Assembly: GCF_009914755.1 (NCBI RefSeq)
Contig: NC_060931.1
From: the human T2T-CHM13v2.0 reference genome, Homo sapiens
Reading direction: 5' to 3' (one strand)
DNA length: 64,000 nt
Made by a program: the position numbers and the translations under genes. Below the pieces are notes generated by a model. The model was not told where the DNA came from, made no database searches, and saw only the letters and a program-made list of their open reading frames with translations. Below, one piece after another: positions 25,463 to 60,156 of this stretch; within the stretch, counting starts at the first letter, position 1; each line of letters begins with the position of its first letter.

Positions 25463-26117
25463 AAGGGATTGTTGAGTGTGTACAGTTCTCTATCCTTGTC
25501 GCTGCCTGTTAGCGGCTGGCACCGAGACAGCAGTTCGATTTGAAACTTGAGGTTTAAAATAGAGCTGGAGAAACAAAACAGAAATTTCTCCTAAATATTG
25601 AGAAGTAGCCATACTAGCAGACAGAATGAGATTTAACTGGCACATTCAACTATAGAAACAAACATAAAAGATCTCTCCCACCCTACTGCTCTTTGTGGGT
25701 GACCATCTCCGTCTAGACCCCCTCCAAAGGATGTCCTCTAACCCCTGCCCACCCCACAGGCCTCCAGACATCTGGTCCCTCCGGTCCCCCTGGTCCCCCA
25801 CCTGTGCTCCCCGCATACTCCCCACAAGTCCCTTTCCAGTGGATGGAGGGTAGTTGAAGCCGCTGTCTGCTGGTGCTGTGGGCCACCTGGGTGCAGTCCC
25901 TGCCTGGCTCTGCTGAAAAGACAGAGGCTCTGACTTAGTGGATGTGGCCTCCAGCCCCCAATGGACAGAGGGAGCCTCCAAGAGGTAGCCAAGACATTAA
26001 AATGCCTGCAAGGTGGTGGGGGTGGTAATGCTTTAGTGGACGATAGGACCAGAGAAGTGATCAGGTGAGGAAGTTGTCCCTAGGAGCAGGGGAGAGAGAG
26101 GAGATAGGACTTCTGTT

Positions 26118-26918
<801 letters not shown>

Positions 26919-27122
26919 TTAGAAAATATTGTTGAGTTGTGGGATTATTGGAGATTTGGGGGCTCACTCCTCTGTATTCTCCAATTTTTCTATGAGTGAA
27001 TATATTTTTCTATTAGTGGAAATTTTTTCCAGCATTTTATTATGCAAATTTCCCAACATGCAGCAGAGTTGAAATAATATTACAATGAGCAAATATATAC
27101 CTCTTCCTAGATTCCACACTAA

Positions 27123-27897
<775 letters not shown>

Positions 27898-28203
27898 AGG
27901 GAAAGTAGTTTTTAATAGTTACCTAGAGGAGAGAGGCTGTCCTCAGCCCTGAGAAAGCAGCCCCCCTTCTCCACCCTTCTTGCAACAGGCTAGTCTGGAG
28001 GGGCTGCCGTGGGGTGGGTTGAGGCCCAGCCCTCCAGCCTTCCTTTCTGGGTGACCTAATCGGCCCTTGCGGCCCAGGGGTTTCTCCTGACCTGATGCAG
28101 AGACAGTGAGATGTAAATAAATCTCTGTTCTTTTCATCACCTGAGGGTGTGGTGAAGATTACCTGAGATAAACCTGAATTCACCTTGGGCTTCCTATAGG
28201 GGT

Positions 28204-29274
<1,071 letters not shown>

Positions 29275-29289
29275 TAGCCCACAAGGTGT

Positions 29290-29490
29290 TTTCAATTTGT
29301 CATCTCACTCAAGGATCATTATCAGTACCCAGGAGAGTAGGATTTTATTCCCATTTTAGAGTTGAAGAAACTGAGGGTCCTAGAAGCCCAGCTTCCAGCT
29401 TCCCCACCCAGCTGAAAAGGTGCGGAGTTGGTGCTCAGCCACGGCATCTGGCCTCCCGTGCAGGCTCTCCCCGGTCTGATTTCTCACTCT
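29290..29490 (-). mobile_element. MIR fragment
   Basis: ttattcccattttagagttgaagaaactgagg core. Confidence 0.7.
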
Positions 29491-29848
29491 GAGCTCTCAG
29501 TAGACTACACATTTTTATCCTGAAACCCACAAGCGGGGTTCCGGGACGAGGCTTTCAGCTCCAGCTGCTTGAACAACCCTGTTTAAATGGACGTTAAAAC
29601 GATGCAGAGAGAGTCCACCATCTCATCTCACTCAGAGGGGTCATGCAGAGTCAGAGAGAGGCCTCTGCGGGGTCTGTCCTCTCTGAAGTCCCTACTTTCC
29701 TATTTGCAGGGCAATTGTGTGCCTCGCAGGGCGAACTGCAGAGCCGAGAGGTAGGCACTTACTAGGCGACAGAGCTGAACCACCAGCCAAGACCAGTGAT
29801 CCAGGCAGAGGCTGAGCTCTGTGTAGCTTTGGTGAAACTGAAGTTTTA

Positions 29849-30533
<685 letters not shown>

Positions 30534-30842
30534 GTTCAATGCATTTAAGCAGTGATTTTAAAACGTACTTTCTTTTGCTATCATTATTCACTGAAAAATA
30601 TGCATTTAAATTTAGTAATGCAGTAACCAAATCTTTCTAGGTTGAATATCGTTGCATGCTGTTCTGACAAAGGAGGGGAAAACTCCCTGTCTGAATTTCC
30701 ATGTTCCCTCCTCCTACACACATACACATCCTGCGCCACAACAGACTTTTTCTTTCCCAAAAGGAAGGTTCTTTTTTTTGTTTTGTTTTCACTTTGAACT
30801 CCTGAGATTCGTTTCTGGCAAGGTTCCTTTCCTCTCTCTCTA

Positions 30843-31001
<159 letters not shown>

Positions 31002-31502
31002 TCATGGGCCACCTGTGTGTCTGATGATCGTTTAATACTGCTTCCCAAGTTTCAGCAATCGCTGGAAGCCACTCAATCACATCCAGCCTCGCGATGTGAG
31101 ACCCGATATGTTTTCAGCAGTTACCCAGCGTCCTGCGGGTCTCTCCGCCACTCCCGTTACATGTGTTTTTGGGTAATCGCCAGTCTTTTCACAGATGAAT
31201 GCCAGAACATGGAACAAAGGCTTGAATGCAACGAAAGCACGTCGCGGTTTTTTTATTTTTCTACAAAAGTGTCAGCATCACAAATTGCAAAGGACAATGG
31301 TCCCCGATGTGCCTGCACAGACCCCGTTATTCCACCTTGTACAATACTGCGGTGCAGCCAGGGTTCCCCACAGATGTGTCCACCCTTCTGTTGCGAATTC
31401 GGCCACCCATGTGACAAATTCCACTTTGATTAGCAGATAATAATTTGTTACTGACAGTTTCATTAGGGAGTCAATATCTTCGTCTCGCCCAAACTGCAAT
31501 GA

Positions 31503-32148
<646 letters not shown>

Positions 32149-32593
32149 TCAACTTATGTATGTCTTTATGACCATATATATAAGTTAGTCTTAGTCATCT
32201 TTTCAATACCAGCAAAATCAAAGAGTCTCTATAAATTGAGATAGCGATTCAGATTTTTCTTACCTAAACTACAGTGGTTCTTTCCCATCCCAGAGATGGC
32301 CTTTGCATATTATCAGGAAACATTGATTTCATCTGCCATGCCCTGCAATGTTTCGGCTTTTATTTTTCTGGTGATTTCATTTTGAATTTGCTGACTTCTA
32401 TAGGCATCAACAGATTCATACATTAGAATCACTCTCTTTTATGGCCTCCCAAAACTCCCTCCAAATTGGCTTTATTCACAGAAGGAATATTCTTGTCATG
32501 ACTCCTTAACGATAAACACTGTTTTGCAAGAAATAAAATAGTTTAACCTTGAATTTCAGGTGTGTTCTTGTTTCCTCAAGCTGTTATGAGTGA

Positions 32594-35467
<2,874 letters not shown>

Positions 35468-35695
35468 CTAATTCCACATTGTCTGACTTCTCTAACAGGT
35501 TTTTGACATTAATGCAGTTTTTCTTCTCTGCCTTTTTGGGAAATCGGGGTCACTCCTAGGATGTTCCATTCACCCTCTTACTCCTTGGACTTTTGAGGAA
35601 CATTTCCATGCCAGGGACACAGCTAAACCCTGGACACACAGATGAACAATCCATTTCCTGGCCTGGAAAGCTCATAACTCCAAAGGTAAGACAGC

Positions 35696-38143
<2,448 letters not shown>

Positions 38144-38236
38144 GTTACAGTGGGATAACTGCAGGAGATTGGTAGGTCATTTCTTCCTGGTGGGGTGAGG
38201 AGGAAGGAGCAAAGGTTTCATAGAAGTGACTGGCAG

Positions 38237-38965
<729 letters not shown>

Positions 38966-39239
38966 TCAGTTTGAAGACAAGTTCCCAGTTTCTCTACCCA
39001 ACCTGATTTCAACCCTCAACCCTCTCCCAAATAGAAATTGGGGGGGGAGGGGGTGCTTTTTCAGGCCCTTTGCCCACCTTTGGGGAGAGACAGCCTCCTC
39101 CTCTGGCACTAAGAGGATGCTGGTGTTAGCTAGCACCATCCTTCACATCCAGAAAGGACTCCCTGCTCCCGGCCCCCAAAAGCAGACCTTGTTCCACCTT
39201 GGATGGGGCTGATATGACAAACACCGGTGCCTGTCCCAG

Positions 39240-40285
<1,046 letters not shown>

Positions 40286-41016
40286 CTTATCTTTTGTTTC
40301 ATAAAGAGGAGTGGGGCTCCCTGGGAAGCCAGACCCCTAGGACAGCCAGGGTCACTGATGCCCATTGGAAGGCTGGGCCCTGGAATTGAAAAGCCTGCCT
40401 GGTTGTGAATTTGGGCTCTGTCCAACAGCCTCACCAGGGAGGACGTCCTCCATCCGTCAGGCCAGCCTGACTCCCACCCAAACCAATCCAGAGGGAGGAA
40501 GGAAATCAAACATAGCATCTGGATTTTGCCAGCAACAAGGCACTCAGGGACCTTACCCGCTTTTCCATTTCCTGGCTCACAGCCCACACCAGCTTCCCCC
40601 TCCCCTACGACACAGCCTTGGGTCAGGTCTCCCCAGCTCCTACAGCTTCCTCCATGGTCCCTCTGCCTCTAGTCTCTGTGCCTCCAACACATATGCCATT
40701 CTGCTGCCTGGGCAATCATCCATAAATGCAAATTGATCTGATTTCTCCCCATCGAAATCCTTAAATGACTCCTCATTGTCTATGAGGAAATGTCCAAATT
40801 CATCAGCCCAGCATTTAAGACCTTTCAGACATCCGACTTCCTTTCCTTGTCTCTGAATAGCCCCACTGATGCTCCTACCCACCATCTACCTGCTGCCTCA
40901 TCCCAGCACGTCCAGGCACCCCTGGCGCCGTGTAGACAGTGGTTATGGACTCAGCTTCTGGAGCCAGACCTCTTGAGTTAAGATCCTGGCCATGCCATTG
41001 ACAAGTTTCTGGGCCT

Positions 41017-42254
<1,238 letters not shown>

Positions 42255-42555
42255 TGATAAAGGAGAATGCTGATTTCTATTTATGCAATGTTTCCTAAAG
42301 TCATAAAAGACAATGAATATTTCCAAAAAGAAGAAACTGAACAGAATAAAAGGTTAGACTTTTTTTTTTTTAATATCAGAGAGGTAATGGAATAGAAAAC
42401 CTTTTTTGTTTAATTAGTCATTATGATCAGGTATCTATGGAAACAAGTCCGTGATCATGCTGGAAATAGGTAAATCATCTCCTCATTGAACAATGTAACA
42501 ATCAACACAAAAGCTGGAGGTGTGAAACATCCACGTTCATTTCTTCAACAAGTGC

Positions 42556-43180
<625 letters not shown>

Positions 43181-43362
43181 CCTCCTAGTAATTTTCTATC
43201 CACTCACCCACCCTGCTCCCAGCCTATGAATTCCCACTTTTTCCTGTGGTATTTGTAGTTAAGTCCAATCTCTTTCTGTACTGCAAGATCCCATCGTGGT
43301 GGTTATTTACCCTGTCGCAGTGGGCCTCGCTTTTATTCAAGGTGTCAGTTTTTTCTTTAACA
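43181..43362 (+). mobile_element. MER31-like ERV1 LTR 3' fragment
   Basis: cccaccctgctcc..tatgaattcccactt..ccaatctct..actgcaa..ttttctttaaca. Confidence 0.65.
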
Positions 43363-43395
43363 CTGGAAACTTGTTAGAAACACAGAGTCTGCCCA

Positions 43396-43715
43396 GGCCG
43401 GGTGGCTCATACCTGTAATCCGAGCGCTTTGGGAGGTCTAGGCGGGAGGATGGCTTGAGCCCCGGAATTCTAGACCAGTCTAAGCAACACAGCAAGACCC
43501 TCATCTCTATTTTAAAAAGATTTCAAAATTTAGCCAAGCGTGGTGGCACACGCCTGTGGTCCCAGCTACTCAGGAGGCTAAGGCGTGAGGATCGCTTGAG
43601 CCCAGGAGGTCAAGGCTTCAGTGAGCTGTGATCGCACCACTGCACTCCAGCCTGGGCAACAGTGAGACCCTGCCTCCTAAAAAAAAAAAAAAAGACAGAA
43701 AAACACAACAAAAAA
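43396..43715 (+). mobile_element. Alu (J-like)
   Basis: Alu consensus. Confidence 0.95.
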
Positions 43716-44221
43716 AGATCACAATGAGCCTTTTTTCCATTTTACAGATGAGGAAGCTTCAGCTCAGAGTTGAAGGTTTCCTAAATGGCCCAATAAGGGT
43801 GGTCTGGTGCCTTGCTCCAAAAGGCCTTATCAGTAGACCTGAGACGATGGGCTGGGTTGTCTTCATTAACCTCTGAAAGCATGCCTGGGGAAGAAGGGAC
43901 CAGCCTGGGCTCCGAAGGCCTCCTCAGAACAAGACCCTGCTTGTCCAAGTGCCTCACTCCCGGGTGGCTTGATTTCCAGGAATATCAGGGCAGTTCCCTG
44001 CAACGCCCGCTCAGACCCAGGAGCCTTCCTGGTATCAGTCCTGATCCCAGCAAACTGCACAGATGGCTGTGTCCATCCCCTGGCTGTGCAGGGAAACCCA
44101 GGGAGAGCTTGAACCTCAGCTACTGGTCCCTGCTTTCAGGCCTAACCCTGCAGCAGCTGAAACCAGGGAGAGTGGGGGCCGGAGTCTGCAGGGGTTGTAG
44201 GGTTTCTCTCTGCTGCTGTGA

Positions 44222-44630
<409 letters not shown>

Positions 44631-44839
44631 TAGAGCTCACCCTTGGAACTCAAGCCAACTCTTGATTGTGCAGAGAGAAAGACAGAGCCCAGAGAGGGTA
44701 ACGGAGCTGCCCTGGTCACACAGCAAGCCAGAGGCACAGCCAGCCTGGCACCCAAGGCTTTCCTTTTCAGGGCTTCAGCCTGCAGGCCCACCATGTGCCC
44801 CAACGTGGCCATGGCCAGAACCTTGCCCCAAACACCCAC

Positions 44840-45750
<911 letters not shown>

Positions 45751-46247
45751 TTCACCCATGCTTTCCAGGTCTGAGGGTGGTGAAATATTCCCTCACCATT
45801 GTGTGCGGAGAGCTACAAACACATCCCAGCTTCTTCCTTTCATTTCCTCTCTGGTTTGCAGATTCAGCCTCTCACAATTCGCTGTTTCCAGGGAATTGCA
45901 TGAGGGAAACGGGCCTCATCTTCATCTTGTCTTTAGATTACTGGTCTTTATCTTCCCCACATACACAAGCCCCAACCACCAGCCACCACCATCCTCCCCT
46001 GGGCCCTTCTAATTGCTCATCTTAGAATGGTCTCTCCCACCTTCCAGGTAAAATGGCAGACAGTTTGCAATTCTACCTCCTTGTCTATTTAATCCTCACG
46101 GCCATCCACAGATGCCACCGCAGTCACACTCAGCATCCTGAGTCCCAGGCTCAGAAAGAGTGAATAACTTCCCCGAGACCACACAGCTAGGAAAGGAGCA
46201 AAACAGACTCAAGCCCCGATGCCCTGATTCAGAATTCTGTTGTCAGC

Positions 46248-48790
<2,543 letters not shown>

Positions 48791-49100
48791 AAGAAAGAAA
48801 GAAGGAAAGAGAAAAGAGAGAGAGAGAGCGAAAGAAAGAGAGAGAGAGAGCAAGAGAAAAAGAGAGGAAGGAAGGAAGGAAGAAAAGAGAGAAAGAGAAG
48901 AAAGAGAAAGAAAGAAAGAAAAAGAAAGGAAGGAAGGAAAAGAAAAGAAGAAAAAAAGAGAAAGAGAAGAAAGAAAGAGGGAGGAAGGGAGGAAAGGGAA
49001 AGGAAGAGAAGGGAAGAAGGAAGGGAGGGAGGGAGGAAGGAAGGAAGGAAAAAAGGAAGGGAAAATAAGCAGAGAGGAGAGTATTTAAGGAGGGAGGGAG
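48791..49100 (+). repeat. Long polypurine (GAAA/GA/GGAA) tract
   Basis: directly visible. Confidence 0.95.
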
Positions 49101-49547
49101 GTATGGCCAAAGTTGTGAAGTTGGTAATGATCATGGCCTATTTCCAGGAAAAGTAGGTCTGGCAGAGCCAAGCATTCCCCATGGGAGCCCTGGAGTGAAC
49201 AGGGGAGTGGAGACAGATGATGGACGGCCTTGAATGACAGGCTCAGGGATTTGGACTTCTCATAGGCCACAGGAAATCACTGAAAGTTCGTCAGCAAAGT
49301 GACATAATGGCTCATGATTGAGAAAATGTATGGATGGACTGTGGGAGTGGGTGGAGCAGGAAGGCAGCCCACATTAGGAGGCTGCCCTGCCAGCCACGTA
49401 GGAGGGGAGGAATGATAGAACATCACCCTGAGGTCTCACCCCCATCATCCACAGGTGAGAAAACTGGGGTCCCAGAAGGGAAAGTGACAGTGACATGCCC
49501 AAGGTCGAAAAGCCACCAAGGAACAGAGCCTGAACCTGACCTCTGCG

Positions 49548-51113
<1,566 letters not shown>

Positions 51114-51314
51114 GGGCATGAGAGATGCCCTGATCCAGAGTCTGGGTGTGGACACACAGTGGAGAACAGGAGAAGGAATTCGAGAATTCCCCTAAGGGGG
51201 CCTCCCAGGGACACCCCAACTTGCTGGGCATCTGCATGCCCCCCACACAGTGGGAGGCCCAGCATGGGAGAATAGAGGCCCCCACCTCCTGGCAGCAGAG
51301 CCAGCGGGCTCTCC

Positions 51315-51495
51315 TGATGACTATGAGCTAATCACTTACCTTCTTTGTGTCTTGGCTTTCTCATCCGTAAAATGGGAATGATGATACTTCCCTACCTCAT
51401 CGCCGAGTTATGAGAATTAATTAATGTTTATAAAGGACTTGGAGATCCACAGATGAAAGCCTCTAGAGAACTACAAAGTATCATTACTGTAATTA
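51315..51495 (+). mobile_element. MIR fragment
   Basis: ttctcatccgtaaaatgggaatgatgata..ctacctcat..gttatgagaattaa. Confidence 0.75.
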
Positions 51496-51870
51496 CATTA
51501 CACTATTATATCTCGGGCCAAAGGCTTTCTGCAGCTTTGCTTATTACTGAGAATGGGCGATGGCGTGCAGATAAAACCCAATCTCCTCCAACCATCGCGC
51601 AAAACGCCGACCCAACTTCATCCAGATCTAAGCTCCGGGAGATTCCATCAGGCTTGGAAGACATGACAAGCGTCTCCAGCATGAAAATCCCCCAGGGGCA
51701 GTGAGACATGGAGAAAAGACTACCTTCTCAGTTTCCTCCTGGGAGCAACAGTTCTGGGGGTCTTAGGGAATCAGGGGCTACTCTGCCTTCCTCCAGAGGC
51801 CACCTCCTCATAGGTCAGTCTGATTCAGCATCATGCAGTCAGGCTTTCTCTTCTTGGGGGCACCCCCCAC

Positions 51871-52002
51871 TTTTTTTTGGTAGAGACACAGGTCTTACTT
51901 TGTTGCCCAGGCTGGTTTGAAACTCCCGGCTTCAAGCGATCCTCTTGCCTCGGCCTTCAGAAGTGCTGGGATTACAGATGACATGAGCCACTGCACCTGG
52001 CC
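51871..52002 (-). mobile_element. Alu left monomer (FLAM-like)
   Basis: antisense Alu left arm. Confidence 0.9.
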
Positions 52003-53080
52003 TCTTGGGGACCCTTTTTTATGTTAAACTGGGGCCTCTATAGGATCCCTTCCCATCATTTCCCTGGCCCCAAGTCAGACTCTTCTTCCAGACCCAAAGA
52101 AGACAGCTGTTTGGCCTTGAATGGTAAACTCTCCCTCGTTTATTGAACCTCCAACTATTTTGGTGTTTACCCATCTTCCCTCATTTCACAATAGCCCAAC
52201 CTGACTGGGTAGGCGAAAGCTAGATCAGAAAGAAATATAATTACCTTTTTACGAGCTTATGACATGGTTGCACCCTACTCTCCTGCCAGCTTGTCCAGTC
52301 ACTCACGAATGATGATATACATACTATAAATTATATCATTATCGACCTATAATTACAGGCAACATATATATGAATCCCCCTGAAGGAGACTGGGGCTCCA
52401 AGATTACGTATCCTTGCCCCTCGGTCCCTTGGGAAAAAGCCCGTTGCAAGAGGGGAGGTTGTTACCAATTTCCAAATATCACAGACGCTCTGTTAAAACA
52501 ACAGAGACGCCCCCTCCCACCTTCATGCATACACAACCCCAGGCTCCCTTAGAACAAATCAGCTCACCCCCCAGCACGCACAAAGCCTGAGATGTTGGCA
52601 GGAACAGATGTGGACATGTGAGGGCTGATTCTCAGGGGGAGACCAAGGGCAGAGTGCCCTGGCTCCGGGAGCTCCAGGGAGAAGGACTGGAGTGTGTGGA
52701 GCAGGACGAGGCCCTAGGATACCAAAGTAGGGCAAGGCTGGGAGGGCTATTGCTCCCCTCTGTCCTCAAAGGACACCCTTAAAGACACCTGCACCTCCCA
52801 GGACAGAGCATTGGTGCCCTCAGAGATGCCCTCTCTCCATCAGGACATTTCCCAGTGCCCGGCAGTGGTCTAGCCACACAGTCACCCTGCATCATCCTGA
52901 AGAGTGATCTGGAGGGCTAGACCTGGCTGAGATGGGCTGCAGACGCTCCCGGGCCTTTGGCTGATGGCAAGGGGGTGTGACTGCTGAGCTCAGCTCAGTT
53001 CCTCATGGGAACCCTGGGCCGGAAGGAGATAGTAGGCTTGGTATAGGAAGGGGACCAGGACCACTCCAGATCTCCCGCTA

Positions 53081-53580
<500 letters not shown>

Positions 53581-54736
53581 AGAAAACAGCAAGCCTCATT
53601 CATCCTTAGGGAGCTCAGAGAGACAGAGAGAGGCCCTTGGCCAGAGGAGCATGTATTCTGCAATGAATGTGACACCAGAGGACCTGGACAGAACCCAGGG
53701 GCAGGACAGAGGGAGGTGGGAACTTGAGAGATCAGGAAGGATTTTGCAGGTTTGGAAAATGGGAGAAGGAGGTTCTGCAGAGAGAGCGTCTCGCATGAAG
53801 GCATGGAGGTCTGTCCACGCTGCAGTGAGCACGCCTGCAGTACTTACAGCACTAGCCGGGCAGAGGTGAGAGGGGAGGCTGGATTGGGCCAGCTCTCCCC
53901 CCTCCACCCGTCCTATCTTACCTCCAGCTTTTCCTCATACAAACCCACACTCAGCCAACCCGACACCTTGGCATCTCCAGTGATCCCCTCAGTCTTCTGC
54001 AACTTTTCCTCCTTCCTCTTCCTTCCTTTGTGACATCCCCTCCTCCCAGTCCCACCAGCTTATCTGGTCACACTTGGGATGTGAGGGCCTGGATGATTGT
54101 CCATCAGGGTATGATACACACCCTGATCCCCAAATACCCTTGCCTTGGTCAACTCCTCCAACCAGCCCGGGACCGGGCACACAGCGATGGGAGCAGGAAG
54201 AGGAAGAGGGTGCCGGGGGATGGAAGGGTTTTACCCAGAGTCACAAGTGGCAGACTCAAAACAGCCGAAAGCCTCCTCCATCTGGATGGCAGGCGACCCC
54301 AACTGTGGCTCTCCCTCGAATCACATCTTGTAAAAAAATCATTTGCACATTTGAATTCAAAGCCCCTCAAAACAGTATAAACACCACCATCCCGCGTACC
54401 ATAAAAACCACACTGAGCATTTATGGAAACTGAAACATGTGTATTAACATATGGCAAAAATTTCACTTACTGCATCTTTTTAGCATTGGACTGATGCATG
54501 AGGCATCTGTGCAAAAAGCGTTGGAATGGAAGCTTCAGAAACGAGCAGAACGAGAAAAAGGCTGTCGCGGAGGCTGGCAGGCCAGCAGGGCGGCAGGGAA
54601 GCCCGAGGATCCATCCCTGGCACAGGCTGGTGGCTTTGGCAGAGAGGCAGGGGTTGGCCCACCGAGGAGCAGGGCCCAAGAGCGTAGGCAGCGCAGCCAT
54701 CCACCGCAGACCCTCCGAAGCAGCCCCCACCTGCCC

Positions 54737-55565
<829 letters not shown>

Positions 55566-55913
55566 GCAGGAGGCAGTCAGCAATGTTCTTCTCCTTCCTT
55601 AAAGGAATGTTTGTGGTTCCAGGACACACAGTCCCTGTTCACTGAGCCAACCCCCCATGCTGGGCTTCTTGTCTAGGAGTGGCAGCTGCAAGTAAGAATG
55701 CCAAGACCCTGACCAAACCCAGCATTCCGATGGTCACAGGTCCTTCAGCATCTTCAATTCTAGCTGGCTGCAGCCTCAACCCGGCAAGTGGAGGTCCCCT
55801 TCAGGCCTGCAAATGGGGCTCTACCCTGAGTTCTCACATCAGCACATGGCATGGAGCCACGCTTAGGGATGTGCTAGTCACTCTGAGTTGCTTTGAAAGA
55901 ATAAGCCAGCCTT

Positions 55914-56527
<614 letters not shown>

Positions 56528-56972
56528 TCATAAATAGCCACTGGCCCAGGGTGGGTTACAGTTTCCATAAAATGAAATAACAAGAAATGTGCTTTGGGTT
56601 ACTTTGATACTGTATGTCTTTGACAAGAAGTCATGTGTCTTTGACAAGAGGTCAGGTGGACTTTCAGCTTCCCTCTGAGTGACAGAGCATCCAAAAGGAT
56701 GATGCAAAGAACGTGGCCACGTGGCTGTGGAGCCTGTGGGATGGGGACATGCGGCAGATCCACTCATGTCATGACATGAATGTGGAGCATGAAGGCACCA
56801 GAACCACCACACCTCACACCTTGCAGGCTCAGGCATCTGCTGGCCTCTATCATCTGACTGGGGTCTCTGCTAATTGAGGGATAGGTGTGAGAGTGAATAG
56901 ACACAATCCTGAAAGCCAGGTGGAACAGCATCACCAATGCATAAACATTCTGGCTGCCAAGAAGGGCGCTTC

Positions 56973-57633
<661 letters not shown>

Positions 57634-58051
57634 GAAGGGGCCTTCCAATGTGGGGGCTTATGGGTCCTTGGGGTTTTTTAATCCAAGGCTGAGCAAGTCT
57701 GTTTCTCACCAGTGAGGGGTAGCCAAGCTGGTCTGGAACTGGGAGCCTCCATCGATTTCTCCCGATGGCAGCTTTCCAGGTCCACAGTGCTGATTTGTGC
57801 TGGAGTGCTATCCTATCTGTTAATCAATGGCATGGGAGAGAACATGGACCGCTGGGCAGATGCCCACAGTGCCTATCAAAGAATAACATTGAGTCTCAGC
57901 CTTACACGTTAGGAGGAAATTAATCCACTGCCCTCCCACTCATGAGGATGCTCCTCCCTGGACCCAGACACGCAGTTTGCAAAGTGCTTCCGTACACATC
58001 GACACGGTTGAGATGTGCAGCCACCCTATGAGGGAGGCATCCTGACCCTCA

Positions 58052-59702
<1,651 letters not shown>

Positions 59703-59764
59703 TAGGAGCCTTTTTTATTGAATCTGTCCCGGTTTCCTCCTGCTGGAGAAGGGGTGGGAGGATG

Positions 59765-59972
59765 TGCTATGGTTTGGCTGTGTTCCCACCCAAATCTCAT
59801 CTTGAATTGTAACTCCCACAGTTCCCTCGTGTCGTGGGAGGAATCCAGTGGGAGGTGATTGAATGATGGGGGTGGGTCTTTCCTGCACTGTTCTCGTAAT
59901 AGTGAATGAGTCTCAAGAGATCTGATGGCTTTAAAAACAGGAGTTTCCCTGCATAAGCTCTCTTTGCCTGCT
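59765..59972 (+). mobile_element. THE1 (THE1A/B-like) LTR, 5' half only
   Basis: tgctatggtttggctgtgttcccacccaaatctcatcttgaattgtaactcccaca...gagtttccctgcataagctctctttgcctgct. Confidence 0.9.
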
Positions 59973-60156
59973 TTATATCCTGGGCACGCCAGCAGCTGAT
60001 TAGCTGGTGCCCACCCAGATTAAGGGTGGGTCTGCCTTTCCCAGTTCACCGACTCAAATGTTAATCTCCTTTGGCAACACCCTCATAGACACACCCAGGA
60101 TCAATACTTTGCATCATTCAACCCAATCAAGTTGACACTCAGTATTAATCATCACA
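59965..60156 (-). mobile_element. MLT2A-like (HERV-L) LTR, 5' part only
   Basis: reverse strand reads tgtgatgattaatactgagtgtcaacttgattgggttgaatgatgcaaagtattgatcctgggtgtgtct...atataaagcaggca. Confidence 0.9.

Noticed and set aside
51330-51345. Consensus minus-strand donor AAG|GTAAGT
   Set aside because: Lies in a MIR fragment and I found no matching acceptor.
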